The notes under the pieces are model-generated. The model had not been told where the DNA came from and ran no database searches. It worked only from the letters and a program-made list of their open reading frames with translations. A program made the position numbers and the translations under genes. A stretch of DNA of 61,202 bases, the filler included. It is 9 parts of 9 records of this genome, joined end to end, with 100 filler letters (N's around TTAATTAATTAA, not from the genome) between each part and the next. Parts side by side here need not be neighbours in the genome. Positions count along the whole stretch, not along the records: positions 30,427 to 35,946 come from SRR31147125_9093; positions 36,047 to 41,162 come from SRR31147125_9095; positions 41,263 to 47,918 come from SRR31147125_9098; 6 more parts are not named here. One strand, written 5' to 3'. Positions 31,951 through 43,746 of the stretch are shown here, one piece after another. How positions within the stretch are numbered: position 1 is the first letter of the stretch; the number at the start of each line of letters is the position of its first letter.

Positions 31951-32173
31951 TACTCTTTACAGTTATAGTTGTATTTCCAATTCAGGTATTCCACTTCTGA
32001 TATTTCTTTGTATGCTAGTTTGTTTTTCATGTTATACCACTCCAGTAAAAGCTTTGTAATTTCTGTATTGAATATTAAACACGGTGTACCGTTAATCAAA
32101 GATATGGATAATCCGTGTGTATCATCTATATCAAATAGCGCAAACATTGTATCTTCAATCGTGTCACCTGAAT
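31950..32173 (-). pseudogene. C-terminal half of an interrupted XRE-family regulator
   Basis: SGDTIEDTMFALFDIDDTHGL...EW...EISEVEYLNWKYNY resembles the C-terminus of clostridial ICE-associated XRE proteins; joins in frame with 33185-33270. Confidence 0.55.
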
Positions 32174-32481
32174 ACCTTATATAAATATCCGTTGTTAAAC
32201 ACAGGAATAATTCGCTCACAAGGAATAGGGCTATCACGCCAAACTTTTAATTTATGTTTATTTTCTTCTAAATAATGCCAAAAAAGACCACGTTTTAAGT
32301 GGACATTGTAATATGGGAATCTTTTCTTTATGTTTTCTAAAGCAATGAGCAATTTTTCTGGGTCAATTTTTTCGTCAAGAGTCATTGCAACACGAAATAA
32401 AGCAGGATTTCTAACCGATTCCAAAGCGGGATATATTTTTGCGGATGTATCCAGTCTATACCATTTTAGTATTTCTCTCAT
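32164..32481 (-). pseudogene. Alcohol-acetyltransferase/condensation-domain protein, N-terminal fragment
   Basis: WYRLDTSAKIYP...FRV...RFPYYNVHLKRGLFWHYLE...NNGYL, then cut off at about 105 aa. Confidence 0.7.
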
Positions 32482-32674
32482 AAAATGCCTCTATCATTTA
32501 TTATATCTTTTTATGAGTAAAAATACTAATTAAAATCGCATTAATTTTGCATTAGGTAAATTAAACAAAAATTTTACTAAAAGTGCTTATTACACACATT
32601 TTACCTCTTATTTACATAAATTTGGCAGACATTATAATAGATGTATATAGAATAAGTTTAAGGAGGAGTATTTT

Positions 32675-33007
32675 ATGATACGTGTTAATATTTATGCAAG
32701 GTATAATCAACAGAAAGCAATTGGTGCAGTAAAAGAACTACCCAAAATACTAAGCAACTTACTAAGCCATGACGATGTCATTATTAAACCCGAAGAAATT
32801 AGTGCTCGTTCCATGTTAATCACAGGAAATGGCAGCATGGTTACAGATAATGAAGTAGAAATAATCGCAAACAAAGATGATTATTTTATAGAAAAAAAAG
32901 ACGAGATATGCAAGCAAGTAGCAGATGCCTTAAGAGAAAACACAAAAATAAAAGATTGTTGTGTTTGGCTTATATTAAGTGATGTTGGACACTTTATATA
33001 TAAATAG
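32675..33007 (+). CDS. Hypothetical protein (possibly tautomerase-like fold)
   Basis: AAGGAGGAG RBS and its own terminator; fold guessed from a beta-alpha-beta pattern only. Confidence 0.6.
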   Translation: MIRVNIYARYNQQKAIGAVKELPKILSNLLSHDDVIIKPEEISARSMLITGNGSMVTDNEVEIIANKDDYFIEKKDEICKQVADALRENTKIKDCCVWLILSDVGHFIYK

Positions 33008-33013
33008 AATATC

Positions 33014-33043
33014 TAAGCATAGGAGATATAATTCCTATGCTTA
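33014..33043. terminator. Bidirectional terminator
   Basis: TAAGCATAGGA...TCCTATGCTTA. Confidence 0.7.
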
Positions 33044-33080
33044 ACTCTAAAAATGTTTTTCTGTATTATAAATATACTAA

Positions 33081-33184
33081 TTAAATTAATTGTAGAAACT
33101 TCTTTTCCGTCAAGATTTCATTAGTAACAAACTTACCATCTTTAAATAAAGAATATATGGTAAACGGCGCAGGACGAGCCTGTA
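33081..33184 (-). pseudogene. YoaP-domain C-terminal fragment
   Basis: Translates as QARPAPFTIYSLFKDGKFVTNEILTEKKFLQLI*. No N-terminus. Confidence 0.6.
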
Positions 33185-33345
33185 GAATGGTCACTTAGAT
33201 ACTGAGGATTAACATTAAGAGCTTGAGAAATATCTTCCTGTATATCTTTCTTTGGGGTTCGTTTGCTGTATTCACTACCCAGCTTATATCCTCGTGCAAA
33301 TCTTTCCTTGCCATAAGGTCGGATAACAATATATTTACTAGTAAT
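33185..33345 (-). pseudogene. Chimeric fragment: relaxase-like piece fused to XRE HTH piece
   Basis: KYIVIRPYGKERFARGYKLGSEYS (relaxase C-terminal-like) runs into KRTPKKDIQEDISQALNVNPQYLSDHS (XRE helices). Confidence 0.45.
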
Positions 33346-33506
33346 TTTATTTATAGCACAAAGCATTATTATATTAAATGAAAATAATAAATAATTAATA
33401 TTCTTAAATCAAACAAAGGCTTCCTATAACAAAATATCAACACTTTACTCGTGATAATAATAGTTAGGAAGCCCTCTGGTTATTCTGTTATATATGAAGT
33501 CTTACA

Positions 33507-34871
<1,365 letters not shown>

Positions 34872-34956
34872 TTATTTCATAGCATAATTATATCACTCGA
34901 GTTTATATATGTATACATTATTAATAAATTGCTTTATATTATTAATCGTTTATTAG

Positions 34957-35946
34957 TTATGGCTTTATTTTATAAATTAAACCTTCTGATTTACTGCCAT
35001 CTATCTTCACTATGAAGGGCTCCTTACTTCTAATCAACTTTACATGCTCTGTTTGCATATATATTTCTTCTTTTTTTAGTTTACTCCAATTAACATAATC
35101 ATCATCACAAAACTTATGCCCTACATGGAAGTAGCCCATACTTAAAGATGTTAAATTGTGATAAAAATGGCTTCCTAACGATGGTTCAGCCTGTAATGTT
35201 TTCAGTTCATGCTCTATCACCACTCTTGCTTGCGACATCTGCGACCAAGTCAATGGTATACCTAGCCACCTGTAATAAGTACCTAATCTACCAAAACCTA
35301 TTAAAATGCATTTTCTGCCTTCTTGGTACAGCGCTTTGTTAAGGCTTTCAATTTCTTTAGCTATTTTTTGACTGTCCTTAATATCAAATTTATCTGGCTC
35401 TACATATATAATGTCGTAAATATCGTTAAATACACCATTCCCTATAATATGACCGCTGCGTACAAGTGAATTCTTAATGTTATCTTCTGTTATCATTGTT
35501 TGCAAAGATTCTTTACCTACCACCATTGGGCGAACTTGCAGAAAATTAAATTGTATTGCCTTGTTCTCATCTTCTGGAATATTAACAGCAAATTCTATCT
35601 CAACATCACACCCAAAAGCTTGCTTACCAAGTGCAAGTATTTCTTTAACAATATCATTTAACTTAATTCTATTATGCTTTATTATAGGTGCAAATGTAAT
35701 AAGTTTTGGACCTTCAATATTCGCATTATCTATTATTCTATCATTTAGTGCAGAATATGTAGAAGCAATATGCTTTAGTGAATTATCCTCCTGTGCTTGT
35801 GACAAGCTCAGCAAAGTATAGCATGTGGATTCTTTAATAGCTTGCTTCTCGGACTTTTTATTTGCACAGCTCAAATATACATCTTTTTCACTTTTCAAAT
35901 CTAGTGCATAAAAAGACGTTTGCAGCTTTTCTAACATCTCTTTAGG
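34957..35946 (-). CDS. PEP/pyruvate-binding-domain (PEP synthase-like) protein, C-terminal part
   Basis: VEIEFAVN...LQVRPM, LIGFGRLG...LGIPLTWSQMS.A, PSLGSHFYHNLTS. Confidence 0.8.
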   Translation of the reverse strand, partial: PKEMLEKLQTSFYALDLKSEKDVYLSCANKKSEKQAIKESTCYTLLSLSQAQEDNSLKHIASTYSALNDRIIDNANIEGPKLITFAPIIKHNRIKLNDIVKEILALGKQAFGCDVEIEFAVNIPEDENKAIQFNFLQVRPMVVGKESLQTMITEDNIKNSLVRSGHIIGNGVFNDIYDIIYVEPDKFDIKDSQKIAKEIESLNKALYQEGRKCILIGFGRLGTYYRWLGIPLTWSQMSQARVVIEHELKTLQAEPSLGSHFYHNLTSLSMGYFHVGHKFCDDDYVNWSKLKKEEIYMQTEHVKLIRSKEPFIVKIDGSKSEGLIYKIKP

Positions 35947-36046
35947 NNNNNNNNNNNNNNNNNNNNNNNNNNNNNNNNNNNNNNNNNNNNTTAATTAATT
36001 AANNNNNNNNNNNNNNNNNNNNNNNNNNNNNNNNNNNNNNNNNNNN
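35947..36046. other. Artificial contig spacer
   Basis: N44-TTAATTAATTAA-N44. Confidence 0.99.
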
Positions 36047-36446
36047 AAAAAGAGAAAATATCGATGAAAACAAGTCATTCAATAATTATTTATTCACCAT
36101 TGCCCGAAATGAAGTTTACGACTTGCTGAATAAGAAGGTAATTTTTGAATACCACGAAGATTTCCTTCAAAACTTAAAAGAACAAAAGGATGATGGAATT
36201 AAGGAGAAAATGATTGTTGAACAAGTGTACAAGCTTATTCAGCAATTACCCGAACGGAGGCGAAAAATATTTTTAATGAGCCGGGAATCGGGTTACACCT
36301 ACAGGCAAATTGCGGAAATCCTCAACATTTCGGAAAATACAGTTGACACCCAAATCAGAAACTCGTTAAACTATTTAAGAAAAGAACTCCCGCAATATTT
36401 AAATTTATTTGTTTTAATCTTACTTACTTTCTGGAGTAAGCTATAA
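36047..36446 (+). CDS. ECF sigma-70 factor (5' truncated)
   Basis: YLFTIARN; LPERRRKIFLMSRESGYTYRQIAEILNISENTV region 4. Confidence 0.9.
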
Positions 36447-36601
36447 TCTTCCCTTCCTCCCTAAAATCATTTTTTTCAAATTACCCTTCACGGAAAAATT
36501 ACTTTTTCGTGTATTATCTATTAAAGAAGGTAAAATTATTACTACTGGTGTAACGATACTTCATTAGAAATACCGGTATAAAAGTTTAGAAGTTCATATT
36601 T

Positions 36602-37717
36602 ATGCAGGAACAAAAGCGAATACAGCAATTATTTGAAAAATTACTGGAAGACCAAATTACCAGCCAGGAAAAAGAGGAACTTTTCATTTTAACCAATAAT
36701 GAAAAGAATAAAGATTTGGTTTTTAATTGGTTAAAAGAACATTGGGACACCACAAAATACGAACATCTTACATTATCGTCGAAAACTATTCTCGATAAAA
36801 TTCATGAACAGGCTGAAATAGATGACACTCCTGAAAAAATTACGATCGAACGCGCGGTTAAAGTAAGGAAGATTGTACGTACGGCTCTGCAATATGCTGC
36901 TGTTTGTGTAATTGCGCTAAGTATTCAATGGTTTATTCAATCAGAAAAAAAGGAACAGCATACCCAATTAGTATCCAATTCGCCTGTTTATAACGAAATT
37001 ACAGTACCCGCCGGTTCAAAATCGATGGTGGTATTGGCCGACAGTACTAAAGTTTGGCTAAATGCCGGCGCAAAACTTAGGTATCCCACTAACTTTCAGC
37101 AAAATTCAAGAACTGTTTTCCTCGAAGGAGAAGCTTTTTTTGATGTTACAAAAAACGAGGAAATGCCATTTTTTGTAAACATGAAAGGCATGAACATAAA
37201 AGTACTCGGAACACAATTCAATGTAAAGGCTTATGCCGATGAAGACCTGATTGAAACAACCCTGGTAGAAGGTTCTATTGAGGTTGTAGGATTAAAATCG
37301 GACAAAGAAAATGAAAGTAATCTTTTACTTGAACCGGGGCAGAAATTGGTTCTATATAAAGACACCAAACAGCACAAAATAGAATCGACCTTACCGGAAA
37401 ACAGAAATACAGAAACAAATAAACCGGTTAAAATAAAACAAGCCGAAGTAATTACTCTGCTTGATTTGGAACCCGAGGTGTCGTGGAAAGAGGATAAACT
37501 TATTTTTTATAACGAACGCTTCGAAAATGTGAAGATAAAACTTGAACGCTGGTATGGGGTAAATATAGAGGTTAAAGATAAGGAAATATTAGATTACAGC
37601 TTTACCGGAACATTTGATAAAGAGACTTTTGAGCAGGCATTGGTTGCCCTTAAAGAAGCAGCAAACTTTAACTACAACATAAAAAAGAAACACGTAATTA
37701 TCAAAAAAAGAAACTAA
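36602..37717 (+). CDS. FecR-family anti-sigma factor
   Basis: TM helix, LADSTKVWLN, LEGEAFFDV, VLGTQFNV, LVEGS, LERWYGV. Confidence 0.92.
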   Translation: MQEQKRIQQLFEKLLEDQITSQEKEELFILTNNEKNKDLVFNWLKEHWDTTKYEHLTLSSKTILDKIHEQAEIDDTPEKITIERAVKVRKIVRTALQYAAVCVIALSIQWFIQSEKKEQHTQLVSNSPVYNEITVPAGSKSMVVLADSTKVWLNAGAKLRYPTNFQQNSRTVFLEGEAFFDVTKNEEMPFFVNMKGMNIKVLGTQFNVKAYADEDLIETTLVEGSIEVVGLKSDKENESNLLLEPGQKLVLYKDTKQHKIESTLPENRNTETNKPVKIKQAEVITLLDLEPEVSWKEDKLIFYNERFENVKIKLERWYGVNIEVKDKEILDYSFTGTFDKETFEQALVALKEAANFNYNIKKKHVIIKKRN

Positions 37718-37779
37718 ACAAGATATACTAATAAACTAAAATAATTGCCTATGTAAAAAACGAACTATATCAATAAAAA

Positions 37780-37816
37780 AAGGATTGAGGAGTGCGCCAC
37801 ACAATCATCAATCCTT
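37780..37816 (+). other. Hairpin in the fecR-susC intergenic leader
   Basis: AAGGATTGA...TCAATCCTT stem with an inner GTG/CAC stem; preceded by an A-run and lacking a U-tail. Confidence 0.5.
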
Positions 37817-37864
37817 AACGCGTGAAAATTTAATCTGATAAATTAATTAACACATTTCAATCTT

Positions 37865-40800
37865 ATGAAAAAAAACCGCTTAACCAAGAGGGGATTGACT
37901 TTTGTTCACTCTTGAAGAAAAATTTGATAATTATGAAACTAACTTGCTTAATAGTGCTATTCTGTGTTTTTCAGGCAACTGCAGTTGTTTCACAGAATAC
38001 AGTCGCTAAAATTAGCTTGGACAATGCTTCATTCGAAGAGCTCTTCTCGTCTATCGAAAACCAAACATCTGTAAAATTCCTGTATCGAAATGAAATTATT
38101 GAGGGCAAATATGTTAGCATAGACATGGCCGATACAGAAGTAGAAAAAATTTTGGATGCAACATTACCCGACAATAAGTTATCGTACAAACGAATGGACA
38201 ATAATTTAATCGTTATTTCATCCGTTCAGCAAGAAATTCAGGTAACCGGATTAGTTACTGATGAAGAGGGTATTCCTTTACCCGGTGTTAATATTGTAAT
38301 TAAAGGAACAACCAAAGGTGTTGTTTCCGATGCCAATGGTAAATATTCTATTAGTGTTCCCGACGAAAACAGCATTTTACAGTTTACTTTTATTGGGTAT
38401 GAATCTCAGGAGATTACCATAGGTAACCAAAGTATTATCGATATTCGTTTAACAGAAGATTATACAGCTATTGACGAAGTAGTGGTAACAGCCTTGGGTA
38501 TTGAAAGAGAAAAGAAAACCCTTACCTATGCCACACAGGAAGTGGACATGGAAGGTTTATCAACTATTAAAGATTATAGCCTTGGTAATTCCCTTGCAGG
38601 TAAAATTGCAGGTGTTTCCATTACTGCATCTACCGGGGCAACTGGTGTTGCCGGAGATCCCAGGATTATTCTCCGTGGAGACCGCTCTATTCAAAATAAC
38701 AACCAGCCATTAATTGTGGTCGATGGGATTCCTTATGGCAGTACAGGTGGGGGATTATCAAGCATTAACCCTGACGATGTGGAAAGCATGAACATCTTAA
38801 AAGGACCTGCTGCTGCTGCTTTATATGGATCAAGCGCAAACAACGGGGTAATTGTTGTTACTACAAAATCAGGAAAAATTGGGGAACCCAAAATTACGGT
38901 TAATTCGGTTTCAAATTTCGAATTCCCTTATCTTTTCCCTAATTTCCAGAATACATACGGGCAAGGTGCTGATGGAACTTATTCAGCTTTTAATCCAGCT
39001 TCCAGTTGGGGACCAAAAATGACCGGACAAAGTGTGCAAAATTTTCATGGAGAAACCGTTTCATTGGATCCTCAGCCCGATAACGCAAGAGACTTTTTCA
39101 GGATAGGGCATAACTTAACAAATAGTATTTCTTATAGTACTGGCACCGAAAAGTCTACTACTTATTTCTCCTATAGCAATACCTTAGCTCAAGGTATTTT
39201 AGAGGACAATAAAATGACAAGGCATAATTTTAATTTAAGGTTGACAACCGAGTTAATTGAAAATCTGAATATGGATTTTAAACTTACCTATTATCGCCAA
39301 CAACTTGATGATAAACCACAAACCAGCTTCGGACAATTTAGCCCCATGACCCACTTGACTAAAATGCCCCGTAGTATGAGGACTGTTGACATAGAGAATT
39401 CTTCATACATTGATGAGAACTATGAAACAAAACAAAATACATGGGCACCAAATTCAACCTTCGTGTTAAACCCATACTGGTCAATGGAAGGTTATGAGGC
39501 CCCGAGTACAACTAATAAAGTGAATTCCTTTGTTCGCTTGCGTTACGATTTTACCGATTATCTCTATCTGCAAGTTCGTGGTGGAATGGTTATTAATAAT
39601 AGCGATTCAGAGGAAAAGACGTATTGGGATACCCAATATATTAATTCTGGAATAGGAGATTATTATACCTCTTTTGGCAAATCACAACACCTGAATAGCG
39701 ATGTATTATTGGCTTTCAATAAAGAAGTTGCAAAAGACCTTCAGTTAGGCTTAAGTGTTGGAGCAGAAATAAAGGATTCACAAGCAAGGAGCCAGTGGTC
39801 CAAAGCAGGTGGGTTAACCACGGAAAATAAATTCAGCCTGGATTATGCCTCCAACCTTTCTTCGGAAGATTCTGAATCAAGAATACAGAAACAATCTGTT
39901 TATGGAATGGGGCAATTGAGTTATAAAAACTTTTTATTTCTTGATGCTACCGCTCGTAACGACTGGAGTTCTACACTACCTGAACCACATAGTTACTTTT
40001 ATCCTTCAGTGGGGCTAACAGGGATCTTCTCCGAAATGTTTGAACTGCCCGAGGTAATAAGTTTTGCCAAATTACGTGCTTCGTATGCAGAGGTAGGTAA
40101 CGATGCAAGTTATTCTTCTATCCTACAAACATTCAGTAGTTCTGCTTACGGGCCTATTGGTATGTTCGAGCCAAGTAGTACAAAGGTTGCTGCCGAACTA
40201 ATCCCTGAGAATACAAAATCGTGGGAAGTTGGGGCCGACTTGAGGTTTTTTGAGAACAGGTTGGGGCTTGACCTTACCTGGTACAAATCAAATACATACA
40301 ATCAGTTAGTAAAAGTTACTACCCCTTCATCATCTGGATATTCCAGTGGATGGATAAATGCTGGGAATATCCAGAACAAAGGGATAGAATTAATGCTTTA
40401 TGCAACACCGGTAAAAACAATGGATTTTACCTGGAATGTGGATTTAAATTTTGCTAAAAACAACAATAAAGTTATTGAGTTAACGGAAACACTTAATGAG
40501 TATGAGATTAGCACTCCTAACTTATCCATTGGCGATGCATGGATAATTGTCGGGAAACCTTATGGCGAGTTATACACCGTAGGTTTTGAACGCAACGATG
40601 CTGGACAAATAATTGTGGATGAATTGGGGAGGCCTGAAGTTATGGATAGTGAAGACCTATACCTTGGTAACTTTAATTACGACTGGAGAAGTGGTATGAC
40701 AAATACTTTTTCATACAAAAATTGGAACATGTCCTTCTTAGTTGATTTTAATTATGGTGGTGTCAGGGGATCTTCTACAGAAGCCATGATGGATCTATGT

Positions 40801-41162
40801 GGTACAAGTGAAAGTTCTCTTAAGGGACGTGAAGGCGGCTTTGTTGTGGATGGTGTAAAAGCTGATGGGACTGTGAATGACATCGTTGTAAGCGCCCAGG
40901 AGTACTTCATGTCCGTTGGAGGAAGGATTACTGATGGTTCTGGTGAGTTATATGCCCACGAAGCAACAAACTCAAGATTACGCGAGTTTACCCTGGGATA
41001 TACTTTCCCTATTCAAAGCTCTGTTATAAAATCATTAAGGGTTTCTGCAGTAGGGCGTAACCTATTCTATATCTATAATGGTTGTGATTGGTTTGACCCA
41101 GATAATACATACGATACCGGAGATAACGGACAAGGTGCTGAAAATGGATTCTTGCCTGGTAC
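37865..41162 (+). CDS. susC: SusC/RagA TonB-dependent transporter with N-terminal signalling extension (3' truncated; apparent 1-nt deletion at 37868-37875)
   Basis: PLPGVN..IKGT, DEVVVTALGI, PLIVVDG, LKGPAAAALYGS.A.NGVI, RNDWSSTL. Confidence 0.93.
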
Positions 41163-41262
41163 NNNNNNNNNNNNNNNNNNNNNNNNNNNNNNNNNNNNNN
41201 NNNNNNTTAATTAATTAANNNNNNNNNNNNNNNNNNNNNNNNNNNNNNNNNNNNNNNNNNNN
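41163..41262. other. Artificial contig spacer
   Basis: N44-TTAATTAATTAA-N44. Confidence 0.99.
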
Positions 41263-41264
41263 TT

Positions 41265-42197
41265 TTTATTCTTATTGCTATAACAAATAGTTTTGTACGT
41301 AAGTATCCTAATCAATCTTTTGGAGATGTTTTTTTTGATATATTATCAAAGCCAATAGGAAAAGTTGTTATTTTTTTGTATATTGTTTGGCTAACTATAT
41401 TACTTGGTTTATATGTAAGGTATTTTGATGAAAGATTAGTTTCTACTATTTTTCCTAATTCGGATAGAAAAATATTTTTAGTTGTTTTACTAATTGTAGT
41501 TGGAATAATACTTAGATCGGGAATAGTTGTTGTTGCAAGAATGAATCAAATAATATTTCCAGTGATATTAATTCAGTTTATAATTATTGCTATGTTGTTA
41601 GCTTCAAAAGCTGATTTGAAATATACAACCCCAATCAGTTATTTGGATATATGGCCTGTTTTAAAGGGTTCGGTAGGGGTAGCTGGGATATGGGTTTATT
41701 ACTTCTTTTTATTTTTATGTGGCGATAAAATTTTGCTAGAGGACTATACAAAAAAGCGTATAGCAATGATTATAACATTGGTGTTCTTTACTACCATATC
41801 TGTAATTGTTATACTGCTTGGTACATTTGGATCAAAGACGTTATTACAAATACCATTGCCGCTCATGATGGCAGTAAAAAACATAGCACTCGGTGGAGAT
41901 TTTACTGGACTTGATTCTTTGTTTTTATCAGTATGGATACTTGGTGATTTTATAACTATTTCTTTGTTTTCTTATATAATTCTTCGTTTATTTAAGCAGC
42001 TTTTTGGACTAAAGGACCCAATGCCTATATTGAGTATTTTACTAATATTCATCTATATATTTAGCATGTTTTTGGCAAATGAAATTTTTGAATTACAGTA
42101 TTTTTCTGAAAAAATTGCTATACCTTTGAATGTGATTATGGGCTTATGCTTGCCTATATTAATTGTATTTATAGGAAAATTACGAAAAAAACTATAG
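41265..42197 (+). CDS. Spore germination receptor B subunit (GerAB/GerKB family), 5' truncated
   Basis: KYPNQS...GK, GIVVVAR, P.SY, GLDSLFLSVW; multi-TM. Confidence 0.8.
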   Translation, partial: FILIAITNSFVRKYPNQSFGDVFFDILSKPIGKVVIFLYIVWLTILLGLYVRYFDERLVSTIFPNSDRKIFLVVLLIVVGIILRSGIVVVARMNQIIFPVILIQFIIIAMLLASKADLKYTTPISYLDIWPVLKGSVGVAGIWVYYFFLFLCGDKILLEDYTKKRIAMIITLVFFTTISVIVILLGTFGSKTLLQIPLPLMMAVKNIALGGDFTGLDSLFLSVWILGDFITISLFSYIILRLFKQLFGLKDPMPILSILLIFIYIFSMFLANEIFELQYFSEKIAIPLNVIMGLCLPILIVFIGKLRKKL

Positions 42198-42365
42198 AAT
42201 ATATTTTTAGTGTATATTATAGTTTGCTTTACGTATTTTGGGCTTATAAGAATAAATAATAAATTGATAGTTATAAAATTATTTGAATAGACAATAAATG
42301 TTTATAAGTATTATAGTTGCTGTATTTTATAAGCGGAAAAGCTTTTGCTCTTCCGCTCATTGTAT

Positions 42366-42626
42366 CTAGTACCTAGAATATTTGTTTTCGCACTCGCATT
42401 TAGACCTTTTACAGCCCATTTTGTCACAGCAACATTTTTTTATGCATTTTTGCTCGTATCCGCCACATTTGCCTTTAAACCCTTTAGTAGAAACACACAT
42501 ATAGCTAGAATATGGGCCAAAGCCTTTGTCGTGTGGTTTTTGTTTTCCTTTACTGCAGCAAGATTTGCACTCTTTATAGCCACAGTTTTGTTTTCCGCAA
42601 TCACAACTAAATCCTCTTGAATTCAT
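42366..42626 (-). CDS. Small Cys/Lys-rich protein (15 Cys and 17 Lys in 86 aa), probable spore coat/exosporium protein
   Basis: GGAGG RBS, SigK-type promoter upstream, CC/CCC/CxC motifs. Confidence 0.7.
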   Translation of the reverse strand: MNSRGFSCDCGKQNCGYKECKSCCSKGKQKPHDKGFGPYSSYMCVSTKGFKGKCGGYEQKCIKKCCCDKMGCKRSKCECENKYSRY

Positions 42627-42753
42627 TTGTCTACCTCCTAATCACTTTTTTTGGTCAACCACTTAATCTTTTAAAATTAAGTATTTTTAATGATTAGGCG
42701 TATTGTATTGCTTTTTTGAAACTAGTGAGTAAAGTGAGGTAGCCTTACTTGTA

Positions 42754-42781
42754 TATATTATGCATACGGAAAGCTTTTTGT
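42754..42781 (-). promoter_or_regulatory. SigK-type sporulation promoter
   Basis: Minus strand ACA-N16-CATAATATA matches ACA-N16-CATAnnnTA. Confidence 0.65.
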
Positions 42782-42791
42782 GCAAAATAAA

Positions 42792-42825
42792 AATCACCAT
42801 AGCCGCTTTGGAAGCTATGGCGATT
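42792..42825 (-). terminator. Terminator of the ABC operon
   Basis: AATCACCATAGC...GCTATGGCGATT, followed by T-rich sequence on the minus strand. Confidence 0.6.
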
Positions 42826-42897
42826 CTTTTAAAAATTATACCTTTGTATGCGCTATCATCGGATATAATTTTTTGTTAACATATGGTATTAAAACGG

Positions 42898-43745
42898 TTA
42901 TCCTTTTACACTACCAAGAGTAACACCTTTGATAATAAATTTAGATAAGAATATATATACGATTAATACTGGAATTATAGCTACTGTTATAACCGTATAA
43001 ACTTGACCTAAATCGAACTTCATGTAGTCTGCTGATCTAAGTTGAGCTATAACGATTGGAATAGTCTTTTTTGTCTTGGAGCTAAGAACTAGTGCAGGAA
43101 CAAAATAGTTGTTCCAACTTGCGACAAACGCAAATATTGCTTGAACTGCTAAAGCTGGTTTTAATATAGGAAGAACAATTGTATTGAATGTTCTAAACTC
43201 GTTCGAACCATCTATTCTTGCGGCCTCAATGATTGCTGGTGACAACATGCTACGCATATACTGAATCATATAGAAGAATACAAAAGGAACAGCTATTGCT
43301 GGAAGAATGAGCGGCCAGAATGTATCCATCATGCCCATTTTTCCGACTAGACTTAAAAACCCTAATGTGCTAACTTGTATTGGAACCATCATAACTAAAA
43401 GAATGAAAGTGAATACAATGTTTTTAAAACGGAAGTCATATGCGTGAACGCCGTAAGCTGTCATTGCTGAAAAATACGTTGTCAGTATAGCTGAAACGGC
43501 CGAAACCAACAAACTGTTTCCAAGTGCTCTTAATATCAAAATATTTTCATCGGCTAATAGTTTTTTAAAATTCGAAAACAAAGCACTTCCAGGTATTAGG
43601 CTAAAACCTGACTGAATCTGTGCATTTAATCTTGATGCATTTACAATAAGGATGTAAAAAGGAAAATACATAGAATCAAAAGGAAAATCAACAATACATA
43701 TGAAGCTACTCTATTTATTTGAAACATCACCTTTGTTTTATTCAT
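42898..43745 (-). CDS. Carbohydrate ABC permease (MalG-like; apparent 1-nt deletion at 43663-43666)
   Basis: IIEAARIDG EAA loop, WNNY, GSVKG ending. One extra T links the ATG at 43745. Confidence 0.9.
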
Positions 43746-43746
43746 C

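Noticed and set aside
33419-33446. dif-like site (GCTTCCTATAA resembles the Firmicute XerC arm)
   Set aside because: No XerD arm at the 6-nt spacing. The sequence is one arm of a hairpin (33418-33472) downstream of gdhA.
42345-42620. Plus-strand hydrophobic 91-aa ORF
   Set aside because: Antisense shadow of the Cys/Lys-rich gene, which has the RBS and promoter.
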